From Chloroflexota bacterium (GTDB taxonomy: Bacteria > Chloroflexota > UBA11872 > VXNJ01): DNA of 64,000 nucleotides. Of the stretch, positions 8,412-18,805 are shown in pieces. Location: the NCBI GenBank assembly GCA_965261345.1, contig OZ253449.1:1824001-1888000 (forward strand), read 5' to 3'. Both the position numbers and the translations under genes were made by a program. The number at the start of each line of letters is the position of its first letter. The stretch's first letter is position 1. The notes under the pieces were generated by a model, which was not told the origin of the DNA, did no database searches, and was given only the letters and a program-made list of their open reading frames with translations.

Positions 8412-9421
8412 AAGTGGCCGGCCTGCTCGGCGATCTTCGCCAACGGCATACCTTTCCGATTGATGGTCGGGCAATTTGCCAATCGGGCGAGGATGTTGGG
8501 GTAGGCCGCGAAATCGCCGAATATTTCGTCCCTGGCCCCGCGCGTGCTGTCCAGCTGTCCGGGTTGCCTAACGCCTCGGTCGGGGACACGATCGCCGCCG
8601 GAACCGAGATTGCCAACGAGGGCAGTTGGCTGCGTGGGAGGCCAATCCTCCTCGACTACGACGCTAGGGTTGTTGCTTTAAATGAGGAAGCCGGCCAGGT
8701 TTTCTTGGCAGGCGAATCGGGCAGACGGGCCGTGCGCGCAAATCTCACCGGGACGGTACTGCAACACACGCGTCCGGGACAGATCACCCTCAGTGCTCCA
8801 GGGTTTTCACTGTGGTGCCCGCTGGCGTTTGGGGGCGAGGCTTTCGGAACCTTGGCGCTGGCCCCCGATTTGGGCGCCGCCTTGGCCGGCGACTACCCGG
8901 GGCCGGCGATTGCCGCAATTGCCGACGGATCCGCGCTGGAATCTATAGAGCAGGTTTGGCCGGCCAACTTGAATGGCCTGATCGCCCCCTCCTTGCCGGT
9001 AGGCGGCGTATTGGCCCATCGGGCCGGACTCGATTCAAACGAATCGCTGTTTGCGCATTTAGCCGAACCGACGCTGGGATTTAGCGAGGGCCTCGGCACC
9101 GCCACCTGGCCTGATGCGCTCGCGGCGATCCTGCGTGCGCTTGCCGGCAATCCAGCCTGCCTTTTGCCAGCCAACCCCGGCGGATACGGACAGCTGCTGG
9201 TCAGTGGGCCAATACCCGAGCTGGAGTTCGACGATCAGTTGATCCGCGGCCTCGCATCGTCCGGATTCATCTATGGAACATTCGCCCGGTCTCCGGGGAC
9301 GCTGCACCTGCGCCCGCCCGGCGGTCCACTGATCCCGGCGGCGGCGATAGCCTGCGGGGACACGGAATTGAAGATCGCACCCTTAAACGGCGAACGAATC
9401 GTGGTCCGCGCTCGCCAATAA
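8408..9421 (+). CDS. Hypothetical protein, partner of the GlmL-like gene (barrel-sandwich-hybrid-like motifs)
   Basis: ATGA overlap with the upstream stop indicates translational coupling. 'FPIDGRAICQSGEDV' and 'VGDTIAAGTEIA' are biotinyl/lipoyl-like hairpin motifs. Confidence 0.6.
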   Translation: MKVAGLLGDLRQRHTFPIDGRAICQSGEDVGVGREIAEYFVPGPARAVQLSGLPNASVGDTIAAGTEIANEGSWLRGRPILLDYDARVVALNEEAGQVFLAGESGRRAVRANLTGTVLQHTRPGQITLSAPGFSLWCPLAFGGEAFGTLALAPDLGAALAGDYPGPAIAAIADGSALESIEQVWPANLNGLIAPSLPVGGVLAHRAGLDSNESLFAHLAEPTLGFSEGLGTATWPDALAAILRALAGNPACLLPANPGGYGQLLVSGPIPELEFDDQLIRGLASSGFIYGTFARSPGTLHLRPPGGPLIPAAAIACGDTELKIAPLNGERIVVRARQ

Positions 9422-9435
9422 CCTCGGGCGGTCGC

Positions 9436-11100
9436 CTAAGGCTCGCCGCGCCGCATACGATCCGGGGCGGCTATCCCCATCAGGTCTAGGGCCCGCGCCA
9501 GGACGGTCGCAACCGCCTCGGCCAGGGCGAGGCGGGCCTGCGACAGCTGGTGATCAGAAGAGATCACCCGGTGGCGGTGGTACATCGAATTGAAATCGTT
9601 GGCTAGCCTCAAGGCGTAATGCGGAATCCGGTGTGGTTCCAGGTTTGTGGCGGCCAGGGCGACCAACTCGGGAAATTCCAGCATCCGCTTGATGATGTTG
9701 ATTTCGGCCAATTCGATTAGTCGGTGGGACTCGCGGCAATCGGGCGCCAGCCCCTGATCGCCCGCCCGCCGCAGGATGCTGGCGATTCGGGCGTGCGCAT
9801 AGCGAACCTTGTGCACAGGGTTCTCATCGCCCTGCCGCCGCGCCAGATCGGTGTCGAAATCCATCTGGCTGTCAGCGTCGCGCGAAATCATGAAATAGCG
9901 AACGCTGTCGGCGCCGACGTCGTCAATTAATTGTGAGAGCAGTTCAAATTCCCCGGCGCGTTTGCTTTGCTTGACGCGCTGGCCGTCTACGAGGAGGTGA
10001 ACGATCTGACAGAGCACGAATTTGAGGCGTTCAGGATCGATGCCAAGGGCGGCCATGGCCGCCCGCATTCGGGCAGTGTGTCCGTGGTGATCGGCCCCCA
10101 TCACATCAATTGCCACATCGAACCGCCGGGATTCCAACTTTTCGCGATGGTAGGCGATGTCGGCCGCCAGATAGGTGGGCTCGCCGGTCCGCTTTATGAG
10201 GACGTTGGCCTGGTCGCCGCTCTCACCGTGAGAAAACCAAACTGCCTGTTCGCGATTGACGACGTGGCCGCGCTCGGCTAGGGTCGCGATCGTGGTGGTT
10301 ATCGAGCCCTGATCGTGTATTCGACTCTCTGAAAACCAGTTGTCGAAGCTGATTCCCAACCGTTCCAGTGGGTCGCGGATTTCCACCAGCGCCCGACTGA
10401 TGCCCCAGGCGGTAAGAAACTCGACCTGGCGGTCGGCCTCGAGTTCAAGTAATTCGGGCTTCTCGGCGTACAGCTCGCCGGCCCAGTCGGCCACGTAATC
10501 GCCGCGGTAACCGGCCGACGGCTCGGACGATTCCTTGCCGGCCAATAGGCGGATGCGGTGTTGCAGGGACAACCCTAACAACCGGACCTGGTTGCCGGCG
10601 TCATTGATGTAGTACTCCCGCGTGACCCTGGCGCCGGCGGTTTCCAGCAACCGGGCTAACACGTCCCCCAACACCGCCGAGCGGCCGTGCCCAACCGTCA
10701 ATGGGCCGGTGGGGTTTACGCTCACGTATTCAATCAGGATGCTCTTGCCGGCACAGGTGTCCGAATCGCCAAATTTCTTGCCGCAAGCGTGGATCTCGCC
10801 CAATTGCCCGGCCAGCCAACTCGGATCCAACACGAAATTGATAAAGCCCGGCCCGGCCGCCTGGGCCGATTCGAGCATCGCGTGCTCGGGCAAGGCAGCT
10901 ATGATCAGTTCGGCGATTGCGAGCGGCGGAGATCCGATCGCGCTGGCCAGCCGCAGGGCAAGGGTGGAGGAGTAATCGGCACCCTCAACGCGCGATTTTT
11001 CCACCGCCAGTGATCCCAGATCCAGCTCCGGCAATTGCCCTGTGGCGCAAAGCGACTCCAACGCGCCTCTTAGCAGGGCCTCGATCTTGCTGCGGTTCAT
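9436..11100 (-). CDS. argS: Arginine--tRNA ligase
   Basis: HIGH-like 'EYVSVNPTGPLTVGHGR', 'REYYINDAGNQ', 'TYLAADIAYH', 'GADHHGH', KMSK-like 'KQSKRAG' and anticodon domain 'YAHARIASILR'. Confidence 0.97.
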   Translation of the reverse strand: MNRSKIEALLRGALESLCATGQLPELDLGSLAVEKSRVEGADYSSTLALRLASAIGSPPLAIAELIIAALPEHAMLESAQAAGPGFINFVLDPSWLAGQLGEIHACGKKFGDSDTCAGKSILIEYVSVNPTGPLTVGHGRSAVLGDVLARLLETAGARVTREYYINDAGNQVRLLGLSLQHRIRLLAGKESSEPSAGYRGDYVADWAGELYAEKPELLELEADRQVEFLTAWGISRALVEIRDPLERLGISFDNWFSESRIHDQGSITTTIATLAERGHVVNREQAVWFSHGESGDQANVLIKRTGEPTYLAADIAYHREKLESRRFDVAIDVMGADHHGHTARMRAAMAALGIDPERLKFVLCQIVHLLVDGQRVKQSKRAGEFELLSQLIDDVGADSVRYFMISRDADSQMDFDTDLARRQGDENPVHKVRYAHARIASILRRAGDQGLAPDCRESHRLIELAEINIIKRMLEFPELVALAATNLEPHRIPHYALRLANDFNSMYHRHRVISSDHQLSQARLALAEAVATVLARALDLMGIAAPDRMRRGEP

Positions 11101-11283
11101 CGACTCTGACGTTGCGAAATTGTTAGGAGTTGGCCACAACCGGCGGTCATTTGGTCGCTACAACCCGCGGTTGCCGGAAAAGGATTATCACGGCTAGACC
11201 GGGTCGGGTGGCCGGCCTCGCGATCGAGTCGGTTCGGTCGGAGTGGGACAACGACCGATTGACCGGACCTTGAGGGGCCGACA

Positions 11284-12603
11284 CTATTCGTAGCGAAGAG
11301 CTTCGATTGGGTTGAGGCGGGCCGCCCGGTTTGCGGGATAGAGGCCGAATATCAATCCGATCCCTGAGGCGACCGCCAACGCCAGCACAACCGACTGCAG
11401 TGTAACTAAGGTCGGGATTGGGTCGCCGTTATCGATTGGTATCTGGCTGACACCAAAGGCAATCAGCCAGCCGAAGCCGACTCCGATTGCTCCCCCCAAG
11501 ACACTTAGGAATATGCTTTCGATCAGGAACTGGGCAATCAGATCGCGGTAGCGGGCGCCAAGCGCCTTGCGGATTCCGATCTCGCGGGTGCGCTCGGTAA
11601 CCGTCACCAGCATTATGTTCATTATTCCGATGCCTCCCACGAGCAGCGATATGCCTCCCACGCTGCCCAGGAAAATGCTGGCGACCAGGGTGATCTGGGC
11701 AAAGATTTCCAGCAGCTGGTTCTGCGATAAGAATTGAAAATCATCTTCCTCGACTCGGTGGCGAGCCCGCAATACCGCGCCAACTTCGGCGGTTACCTGG
11801 TCTGAAGTTTGCTCGGTCTCGTCGGCCAGCGCCAAGGTGATTTGATCGACTCTCACCTCGCCGTTGGCGGTGTGGCGGGATCCGATGCGGTAGTGCATGG
11901 TGGTCAGAGGGATGTAGGCGTTGCCGTCACCGCCGCCGAAACTCTGGCCCATTTCGGAAGCCAGCCCGATAACGCTGAAAACTTGGTTGTCGACCCTTAC
12001 GTCGCGTCCGAGGAGCGCCCCCGCAGAGGTGGACCGGTTTGCCTCCGCGTCGGACGCCGACATTCCCGGCACCAGCGTGGCGCAGGATCCTTCAATCCCG
12101 GCCAGCTGATTAACGATCTGTGATCCCAGCACGATGACCGGTGCCGCCAAGTCGAACTCCCGCTGGTCGAACACGCGCCCGGCGTCCAACTCCAGACCTG
12201 TGATCGCGAACTGCTCGGGATCTACCCCGGCGAGCGAAATCTGTCGGCCGCAATCCCCAAGCTTGATGACCGCGCCGTCGCCAGAATCTACCGCTACCGC
12301 ATCAAGCTTGGGGATCTGGGCCGCGCGCAGCGCTCGCGCATCCTCCAACGTGAGGGCTCCACTGGCTCCCGGCCGAAAAACCGATCCGCGTGCGGAAGAT
12401 GATCCGCCGGGAAACACAAACACCAGATTTGCACCGGCGCCGCGAATTTCCGAAACGATCAGCTCGTTAAAACCCGAAGCCAGCGACAGCAGGGCGATCA
12501 CCGAAGCGACCCCGATCACGATGCCCAGGGTGGTAAGCAGCGTGCGCAGGGTATTGGTGGCCAGCGAGCGCAGCGCCTGCGCGATGGCGTCAGCTATTCG
12601 CAT
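11284..12603 (-). CDS. MacB/FtsX-type ABC exporter permease (YknZ-like)
   Basis: '[18 protein letters not shown]', '[33 protein letters not shown]' and '[18 protein letters not shown]'. Confidence 0.95.
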   Translation of the reverse strand: MRIADAIAQALRSLATNTLRTLLTTLGIVIGVASVIALLSLASGFNELIVSEIRGAGANLVFVFPGGSSSARGSVFRPGASGALTLEDARALRAAQIPKLDAVAVDSGDGAVIKLGDCGRQISLAGVDPEQFAITGLELDAGRVFDQREFDLAAPVIVLGSQIVNQLAGIEGSCATLVPGMSASDAEANRSTSAGALLGRDVRVDNQVFSVIGLASEMGQSFGGGDGNAYIPLTTMHYRIGSRHTANGEVRVDQITLALADETEQTSDQVTAEVGAVLRARHRVEEDDFQFLSQNQLLEIFAQITLVASIFLGSVGGISLLVGGIGIMNIMLVTVTERTREIGIRKALGARYRDLIAQFLIESIFLSVLGGAIGVGFGWLIAFGVSQIPIDNGDPIPTLVTLQSVVLALAVASGIGLIFGLYPANRAARLNPIEALRYE

Positions 12604-13363
12604 TGGTACCAACTGACAAGGAGGTGGCCGGAATCTGCCGCCGGTCGCTGGCAATCTGCCCGTCAAGCAAGGTAATTACCCGGCGACACGTCGCCGCGAT
12701 TTCGAGTTCGTGAGTAACCAGAATCGTGGTAATGCGTTGTTCGCGGTTGAGCCTGACGATCAGATCCATGATCTCCCTTGAAGTCTGTGAATCCAGGTTG
12801 CCGGTCGGCTCATCGGCCAGGATGATTTCCGGATTCGTAACCAGCGCACGGGCGATTGCGACCCGTTGTTGCTGCCCGCCGGAGAGCCGGTTGGGGGTGT
12901 GGTCGATGCGATCGGAAAGCCCAACAAGGTCGAGCGCCGCGCGCGCCAGGCGTGAGCGCTGGCGGGCCCGCCGATAAATGAGCGGTAACTTGACTTGGTC
13001 GATTGCCGCCAACCGCGGAAGGAGGTTGTAGGCCTGGAAGACAAATCCGATCTTGGCATTGCGCACTTGCGCCAATTGCCCGTCGCTTAGGTTGGCAACG
13101 TACTGTCCGTCGAGCCAGTAATCGCCTTCGGTAGGGACGTCCAAGCACCCCAGGATGTTCATAAGGGTCGATTTTCCCGACCCCGATTGCCCCATGACCG
13201 CCACCAATTCGCCCCGCCCGATCCGGGCGCTTACTCCTCGCAGGGCAAATATTTCATTCGTTCCGGCTCGGTATACCTTGCTTAGACCGGCTATCTCAAT
13301 TACCGTCGAATCCTCGCCAGTGGCCTCCGGGGGTTGGCCGGGCGCACCCGGATCGCCAAGCAC
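12590..13363 (-). CDS. MacB/LolD-type ABC ATP-binding protein (YknY-like)
   Basis: Walker A GQSGSGKS, signature LSGGQQQR, Walker [12 protein letters not shown]; GGAGG upstream of the GTG start. Confidence 0.95.
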   Translation of the reverse strand: MLGDPGAPGQPPEATGEDSTVIEIAGLSKVYRAGTNEIFALRGVSARIGRGELVAVMGQSGSGKSTLMNILGCLDVPTEGDYWLDGQYVANLSDGQLAQVRNAKIGFVFQAYNLLPRLAAIDQVKLPLIYRRARQRSRLARAALDLVGLSDRIDHTPNRLSGGQQQRVAIARALVTNPEIILADEPTGNLDSQTSREIMDLIVRLNREQRITTILVTHELEIAATCRRVITLLDGQIASDRRQIPATSLSVGTNANS

Positions 13364-13365
13364 CG

Positions 13366-15186
13366 CTAGCTTCCTCCCCGGCCTCCGCCTTGATCACCGT
13401 CCGGCGGCCCACCGCCGAATAGATCGACCTCCTCGAACCCGGCGAGTTGAGTGCGCAGCATCTGCCCTTCGCTAAGATCGGACACGATTTCGACTTCGGA
13501 ATCATTGCGGGCGCCGGTGACTACATCACGCTCGAAGACCTCGTCGGGCAGGTCGCCTGCGACCAGAACGTAGCTGCGGCCACCTTCTTCGATCAGTGCG
13601 GCCAGCGGGATCAGCAGCACGTCGGGGTGTGATTCGATCAGAATTTTCAGGGCCACCGTCATTCCCGGCAAAAGGCTCGTCGGGTCGGATTCAAAGTCGA
13701 CCGTCAGTTCGTAGGTGACTAGGCCGAAGTCGCTCGTGGCCTCCGGGTTTATCGCGGCGATGGACCCCGCAAACGTTTCGCGGGCGCCAAATATGTCCGG
13801 TTCAATTTCAACCCTTTGACCGATTTCGATCTTGCCGATGTCAATTTCCGAAACCTGAGTTGCGATCTGCGGTCGCGCGCTCGATTGCATTGTTACGAAA
13901 TTGCTGGGCGGGGATGCACCCAGCGTTCCCGCCACCGACGTGATAACGCCAGCGTAGGGAGCGCGCAGCTCGGTATTGGAAATTGCCTCGCGTGCCGCCT
14001 CGACCCGGCGTCGGGCACTAACAATCACCAATTCAGATTTGCGGATCGCCCCGGCGTCGGGTGGGCTCTGGAGCCGCCGCAATTCAACCTGACGCCGGAC
14101 GATCGTGTTTTCGGCATCGGTTATTTCGTGAACTTCGGGCCCGGCCTGGTATTCCTCGAGCGCGAGCTGGGCGGCCGAAATCTCCAGCAGGGCAGCCTGG
14201 TAATCAATTTGCAGAACCGAGGTCTCATCCGAATCACCTTCAGTTACCTCGATCAGATTGAGCCGCGCGGTTTCGTAATCCTGCTGGGCAGCGGCCAGGC
14301 TGGCCGCACGCTGGCGTCTTTCGCTCTCACTAATGGGCGCCTCCAGTTCCGCTAGGCGTTCGCGCGCCTCAATTACCACCAGCGCCTGTAGATCGATGTC
14401 GGTTTGGGTGGTGCGGGATGAGTCCTCGAATTCGGCCAGCGTTTCTGCGGCCTGTTTGAGGGTCAGGCGAGCCGTTTCTAGCACCAGCTCGCTCGGTCCG
14501 TCCAGGAAATCCTGATAGGACTGGCGTTCCCGTAACCAATTGGATTCGGCGCGCTGGAATGTCGCGGTGGCCGCGGTTATCTGGCCGGCGGTGGGACCGC
14601 CCTCCTGTTCGGCCAGATTTTGCTGGGCAAGTTGGAGCCCCCGCTGGCTGGATAGCAATTGCTGGCGCAGCGCGATTTCGCGTTGCGGGTCGCCAAAGTC
14701 CTGGAGCCGGGCAAGCGCATTTTCGGCCTCCAGCAAAGCCAGTCGGGCCAGCAGCAGATCGTCCGGGTCGGCCGGTTCCAGCAGCGCCAGGTGGTCCAGG
14801 CTGGCCACCTCAAGCGACTGCTCGGCCTCTTTGAGGGATTCGAGCAGATCGGCCGCGTCCAGCCTTGCCAGTAATTTACCGTCTGCGACCCGGTCGCCAG
14901 GGGCCACCAGAATTTCGGCCAAAACTCCCTGGGATTCAAACTGCAGGGCGTCGGATCGATGGGCCTTGACGTTGCCGACTGCACCGACCGAAATTACCAG
15001 GTCGCCGCGAATTACCTCAATTGACCGTCCATATTCCGGCCGGGAACCAGTATCGTCTCGGCCCGGACCGAATCCGAGCAGCTGGACCGCCGCAATCGCG
15101 CCGGCAATTAGGACGAATCCACCCAGCAGAAGCCAACGCCAGCGGCGCCAGAAAGGTGTAGCAGTTTCGGTTCTCAACGGAGGCAT
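13366..15186 (-). CDS. Periplasmic adaptor/membrane fusion protein (MacA/YknX-like) with a very long coiled coil
   Basis: N-terminal TM; lipoyl half-motifs '[24 protein letters not shown]' and '[10 protein letters not shown]'; beta-barrel '[15 protein letters not shown]', 'LLPGMTV' and 'LLIPLAAL'. About 295 helical residues separate the lipoyl halves. Confidence 0.9.
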   Translation of the reverse strand: MPPLRTETATPFWRRWRWLLLGGFVLIAGAIAAVQLLGFGPGRDDTGSRPEYGRSIEVIRGDLVISVGAVGNVKAHRSDALQFESQGVLAEILVAPGDRVADGKLLARLDAADLLESLKEAEQSLEVASLDHLALLEPADPDDLLLARLALLEAENALARLQDFGDPQREIALRQQLLSSQRGLQLAQQNLAEQEGGPTAGQITAATATFQRAESNWLRERQSYQDFLDGPSELVLETARLTLKQAAETLAEFEDSSRTTQTDIDLQALVVIEARERLAELEAPISESERRQRAASLAAAQQDYETARLNLIEVTEGDSDETSVLQIDYQAALLEISAAQLALEEYQAGPEVHEITDAENTIVRRQVELRRLQSPPDAGAIRKSELVIVSARRRVEAAREAISNTELRAPYAGVITSVAGTLGASPPSNFVTMQSSARPQIATQVSEIDIGKIEIGQRVEIEPDIFGARETFAGSIAAINPEATSDFGLVTYELTVDFESDPTSLLPGMTVALKILIESHPDVLLIPLAALIEEGGRSYVLVAGDLPDEVFERDVVTGARNDSEVEIVSDLSEGQMLRTQLAGFEEVDLFGGGPPDGDQGGGRGGS

Positions 15187-15281
15187 TCCACTCAGTTGGC
15201 GAATGGGTTCCGGGCCGAGTGGTTCGGTACCCGGCTGCCGGCGGCGCGACTGTGGGCGCCTTGCCGATCGAGGCTAGTACA

Positions 15282-16163
15282 TCAAACCGTAATTACCGGC
15301 AGGATCTGCAATACCTCGTTTAGCGATCCCGACCGGAATCCCTGAAGATCAAGCGCCACGTAGCGGTATCCGGCCGCCTTGAGCCCTTTCAGAACGCGCT
15401 CGCGGCGACCTTGCTCAAAGAGCAGTTGCAACTCGTCGCTGCGAAGTTCCAGGCGGGCGACATCGCCATGATGGCGAACCCGAAACTCATCGAACCCTTC
15501 GGCCCGCACTATCTGTTCGGCCAGTTCAATCTGTGCCAATTTGGCGGCGGTTATGTGTTCGCCGTAGGCTACCCGGGAGGAAAGGCAGGGGGCCGCGGGT
15601 TTGTCCCAGCTCGGCAATTCGAGCGCCAGCGAAAGCGCCCGAACCTCAGATTTTGATATCCCCGCCTCCGCCAGCGGGGCGGCGGCGCCGGCGACCTTGG
15701 CGGCGTTCATTCCAGGCCGATGGTCGCCCAAATCGTCGGTCACCGGACCATATACAACGCTTTGGAACTGCGGGTTGGCAGATCGAAACTCGTCCAGGTT
15801 GATGAAGAGTTCCTGCTTGCAGAAATAACAGCGGTTGGAATCATTTACCTGATATTCGGCGTTGTCAACCTCGGTGGTGTGGACGAACTCATGGCGAATC
15901 CCGATGTGGTCGGCAAAACGCTCGGCGTCGACGCGGTCGTTGGCCGAATAGCTCGGCGAGATAGCGGTGACTGCGACCGCGGACTGCCCCAATTCGTCAT
16001 GGGCCACCTTGGCGAGCAGGGTCGAATCGACCCCGCCCGAGTAAGCCACGATTACCGATTCCAGATCGCGCAACCGCGAGCGCAGATTCGAATACTTGCG
16101 AGCCAGGTTGGGGGCTAGGGCCAAGGTCTCCAAGCTGCCGTTGGTTGCTCCCCGGTCTTCCAC
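15282..16163 (-). CDS. larE: LarE-family ATP-dependent sulfur transferase (PP-loop)
   Basis: PP-loop SGGVDS, 'NRCYFCK', 'DDLGDHRPG', 'DKPAAPCLSSR', 'RVRHHG' and 'DLQGFRSGSLN'. Confidence 0.9.
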   Translation of the reverse strand: MEDRGATNGSLETLALAPNLARKYSNLRSRLRDLESVIVAYSGGVDSTLLAKVAHDELGQSAVAVTAISPSYSANDRVDAERFADHIGIRHEFVHTTEVDNAEYQVNDSNRCYFCKQELFINLDEFRSANPQFQSVVYGPVTDDLGDHRPGMNAAKVAGAAAPLAEAGISKSEVRALSLALELPSWDKPAAPCLSSRVAYGEHITAAKLAQIELAEQIVRAEGFDEFRVRHHGDVARLELRSDELQLLFEQGRRERVLKGLKAAGYRYVALDLQGFRSGSLNEVLQILPVITV

Positions 16164-16375
16164 GTGGCCGCATTCCTTACATTAGTAATCAATCAAACGC
16201 AGCGCGGACGCACCTGCATCGCTCGCCGGCCGCAATCAGTTCCATAGTCTAATTCTTTGCGTCGGTCGGAATCGACGCTCCGGCGCGATTTTTCCCGATG
16301 TGGGAACCGGCGGGTTGGCCGGATCGCGCCGGCCGCGAGCGTATCGGAGATTTGTGGTTGCAGCAAATCATGAGT

Positions 16376-16795
16376 TCAGCGACCGACCACCAACTCGCCC
16401 GGCACCGCCCGCCCATTGCCGAGCAGATGGAATGTTGCCACCGGCTCGAGCGGGTTGGCTAGTGAGACGATCAGCATGCGGCTGGTGCCGATTCGGGCCT
16501 TACCGATATCGGTCCGCGACGGTGTCGGGGGCGAGGCGGGATGCGAGTGGAAATAGGCGACCTCTTCCAGCCCGGCCGCCTCAGCCTGATCGATTGCCGC
16601 CAACAGTCCGCGTGGATCCATCTCGTAGTAGGTTGGACTGGGGTGCACGTTTTGCACCGGAATTGCCATCGTCGCTGTCTGGCCGCCGGCGGTCAGGCGG
16701 CCGGCCAACACCCCGCAGGCCTCGTCGGGCGCCTTTTGGCGGCAGTGCGCAACGACCGCCAGCCAGGCCTCCCGGGTCAGTGAGAGCTTTTCCAT
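16376..16795 (-). CDS. JAB/MPN+ (Mov34) metallopeptidase, Mec/CysO-cysteine peptidase-like
   Basis: 'EACGVLAG' and the JAMM motif HSHPASPPTPSRTD. Confidence 0.9.
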   Translation of the reverse strand: MEKLSLTREAWLAVVAHCRQKAPDEACGVLAGRLTAGGQTATMAIPVQNVHPSPTYYEMDPRGLLAAIDQAEAAGLEEVAYFHSHPASPPTPSRTDIGKARIGTSRMLIVSLANPLEPVATFHLLGNGRAVPGELVVGR

Positions 16796-17085
16796 GCGAG
16801 GTCCGCCTTCCGTCGCGAGATTTTGAGACAAGAATTCAACCGCCGATACCAGGCACAATGAGCGGTCACGCCGCCGGTCGTTTCTAGGGGTGACCGCCCG
16901 CTTGGCCCGCCACCTGGCAATCTGGGCCGGTGCGTTGATTTTGCTAAACTCTCTCCAGCTTCAGATCAGTTGCATTCCGCATGCTGACTGGGCACCTCGA
17001 CCGCGTGCCGGGCAATGGTGCGCCGGATCGAATTTTCCGTATCCCCACTTTTTAGATTCTGCCTAATGTCGCAGAGGGAGCCTAT

Positions 17086-18714
17086 ATGGCCAAGCAAGTA
17101 GCGCTCGACGCCGAAGCCCGCAAGCTTTTGCTTCAGGGTATCGACACTGTAGCCAACGCGGTTCGAACCACCCTGGGGCCCAAGGGTCGCAATGTAGCGC
17201 TTGGCAAAAAGTTCGGTGCACCGACGGTTACCCATGACGGAGTCACCGTAGCCAAAGAAATCGAACTTGAGCAGCCCTTCGAGAACATGGGCGCGCAGCT
17301 TATCAAGGAAGCCGCTTCCAAAACTAACGACGTCGCCGGCGACGGCACCACGACCGCCACAGTCTTGGCACAGACCATCCTCAAGGAAGGACTGCGCAAC
17401 GTGGCCGCCGGGTCCAACCCGATGATCATCAAGCGCGGAATCGCCAAGGGCGTCGATGCGCTGGTTGAAAACCTCAAAGGCCAGGCCAAGCAGATCAAGG
17501 GCACCGAGGAAATCGCCCAGATCGCCTCGATTTCGGCTGCTGATGCCGAAATCGGCAACATGATCGCCAAGGTCATGGACAAAGTCGGTAAAGACGGGGT
17601 GATCACGGTTGAGGAGTCCAAGGGACTCGAACTTGAAGACGACTACGTCGAAGGACTGCAGTTTGACCGCGGTTACCTGTCGCCGTATTTTGTAACCGAC
17701 CAGGACCGCATGGAGTCGCAAATCGAGGATCCCTACATCCTCATTACCGACGGGAAGATCTCGGCGGTGTCGGACATCCTGCCAACCCTTGAAAAAGTTA
17801 CCCAGGGCGGCAAGAAGGATTTCGTCGTAATCGCCGAGGACATCGAGGGTGAGGCGTTGGCCACCCTGGTCGTTAACAAGCTGCGTGGAATCCTCAATTG
17901 CCTGGCGGTCAAAGCGCCCGGTTACGGTGATCGCCGAAAAGAGCTCCTCCAAGACATTGCAATCATCACCGGCGGCACCGTCATCGCCTCCGATATGGGC
18001 CGCACCCTCGATAGCGTAATCGTCGAGGACCTGGGGCGTTCGCGGCGTGTATTTGCCACCAAGGATGAGACCACCATCGTCGAGGGCGTCGGTACCGACG
18101 AATCTCGGCTCGGTCGCATCAAGCAGCTGGATGCCCAAATCCGCGAGGCCACTTCCGACTATGACCGCGAAAAGCTCGAGGAACGCAAAGCCAAGCTCTC
18201 CGGCGGCGTCGCGATCATTCGCGTCGGCGCGGCAACCGAAACCGAGCAGAAGGAAAAGCAGCACCGCGTGGAAGATGCCATTTCGGCAACCCAGGCGGCG
18301 ATTGAGGAGGGCATCGTAGCCGGCGGCGGAGTCGCCCTGGTCAACGCCCTGGAAGCCCTCGATACGGTACAGGTCGACGGCGATGAGTCGGCCGGAATTC
18401 GCGCACTGCGCCGGGCGTTGGTTTCACCGCTTGAGTACATTGCCGAAAATGCCGGTCACGACGGCGGGGTTGTAGTACAAGAGGTTCGCCGTCTCCATGT
18501 CGAATCCGGCAACGCCTTCATCGGTTTTGACGTGATAACTGAAGACTATGTAAACATGTTCGACGCCGGCATAATCGACCCCTTAAAGGTCACCCGCTCG
18601 GCTTTGGAAAACGCGGCCTCTATCGCCAGCATGATCCTGACCACCGAAGCGCTGATTGCCGACCTGCCGGAGGAAAACGCGCCTGCCGCCGCCGGGCCGG
18701 AGATGGGTTACTAG
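17086..18714 (+). CDS. groEL: Chaperonin GroEL
   Basis: 'TLGPKGRNV', 'DGVTVAKEI', 'AGDGTTTAT' and '[10 protein letters not shown]'; SD GAGGGAG upstream. Confidence 0.99.
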   Translation: MAKQVALDAEARKLLLQGIDTVANAVRTTLGPKGRNVALGKKFGAPTVTHDGVTVAKEIELEQPFENMGAQLIKEAASKTNDVAGDGTTTATVLAQTILKEGLRNVAAGSNPMIIKRGIAKGVDALVENLKGQAKQIKGTEEIAQIASISAADAEIGNMIAKVMDKVGKDGVITVEESKGLELEDDYVEGLQFDRGYLSPYFVTDQDRMESQIEDPYILITDGKISAVSDILPTLEKVTQGGKKDFVVIAEDIEGEALATLVVNKLRGILNCLAVKAPGYGDRRKELLQDIAIITGGTVIASDMGRTLDSVIVEDLGRSRRVFATKDETTIVEGVGTDESRLGRIKQLDAQIREATSDYDREKLEERKAKLSGGVAIIRVGAATETEQKEKQHRVEDAISATQAAIEEGIVAGGGVALVNALEALDTVQVDGDESAGIRALRRALVSPLEYIAENAGHDGGVVVQEVRRLHVESGNAFIGFDVITEDYVNMFDAGIIDPLKVTRSALENAASIASMILTTEALIADLPEENAPAAAGPEMGY

Positions 18715-18741
18715 TCCGCGGGTAAACACCGCAAGCGTAAT

Positions 18742-18777
18742 AAACGCCCCGGTCGCCTGCAGGCGACCGGGGCGTTT
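18742..18777. terminator. Bidirectional intrinsic terminator between groEL and the convergent darA-like gene
   Basis: Perfect 36-bp palindrome AAACGCCCCGGTCGCCTGCAGGCGACCGGGGCGTTT with A and T runs at the ends. Confidence 0.85.
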
Positions 18778-18805
18778 TGCGTCGGGTCCCCGCGGGGACC
18801 GGGAC

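Noticed and set aside
11101-11283. T-box riboswitch upstream of argS
   Set aside because: No AAGGTGGNACCGCG-type T-box or terminator seen; only a GATAAT -10 candidate.
16914-17012. Possible CIRCE elements upstream of groEL (CTGGCAATC...TTGCTAA; GGCAC-N9-GTGCC)
   Set aside because: Arm sequences and spacing do not fit TTAGCACTC-N9-GAGTGCTAA.
16966-18264. 432-aa ORF antisense to groEL
   Set aside because: Typical shadow ORF from the biased codon usage of a highly expressed gene; no recognisable motifs.
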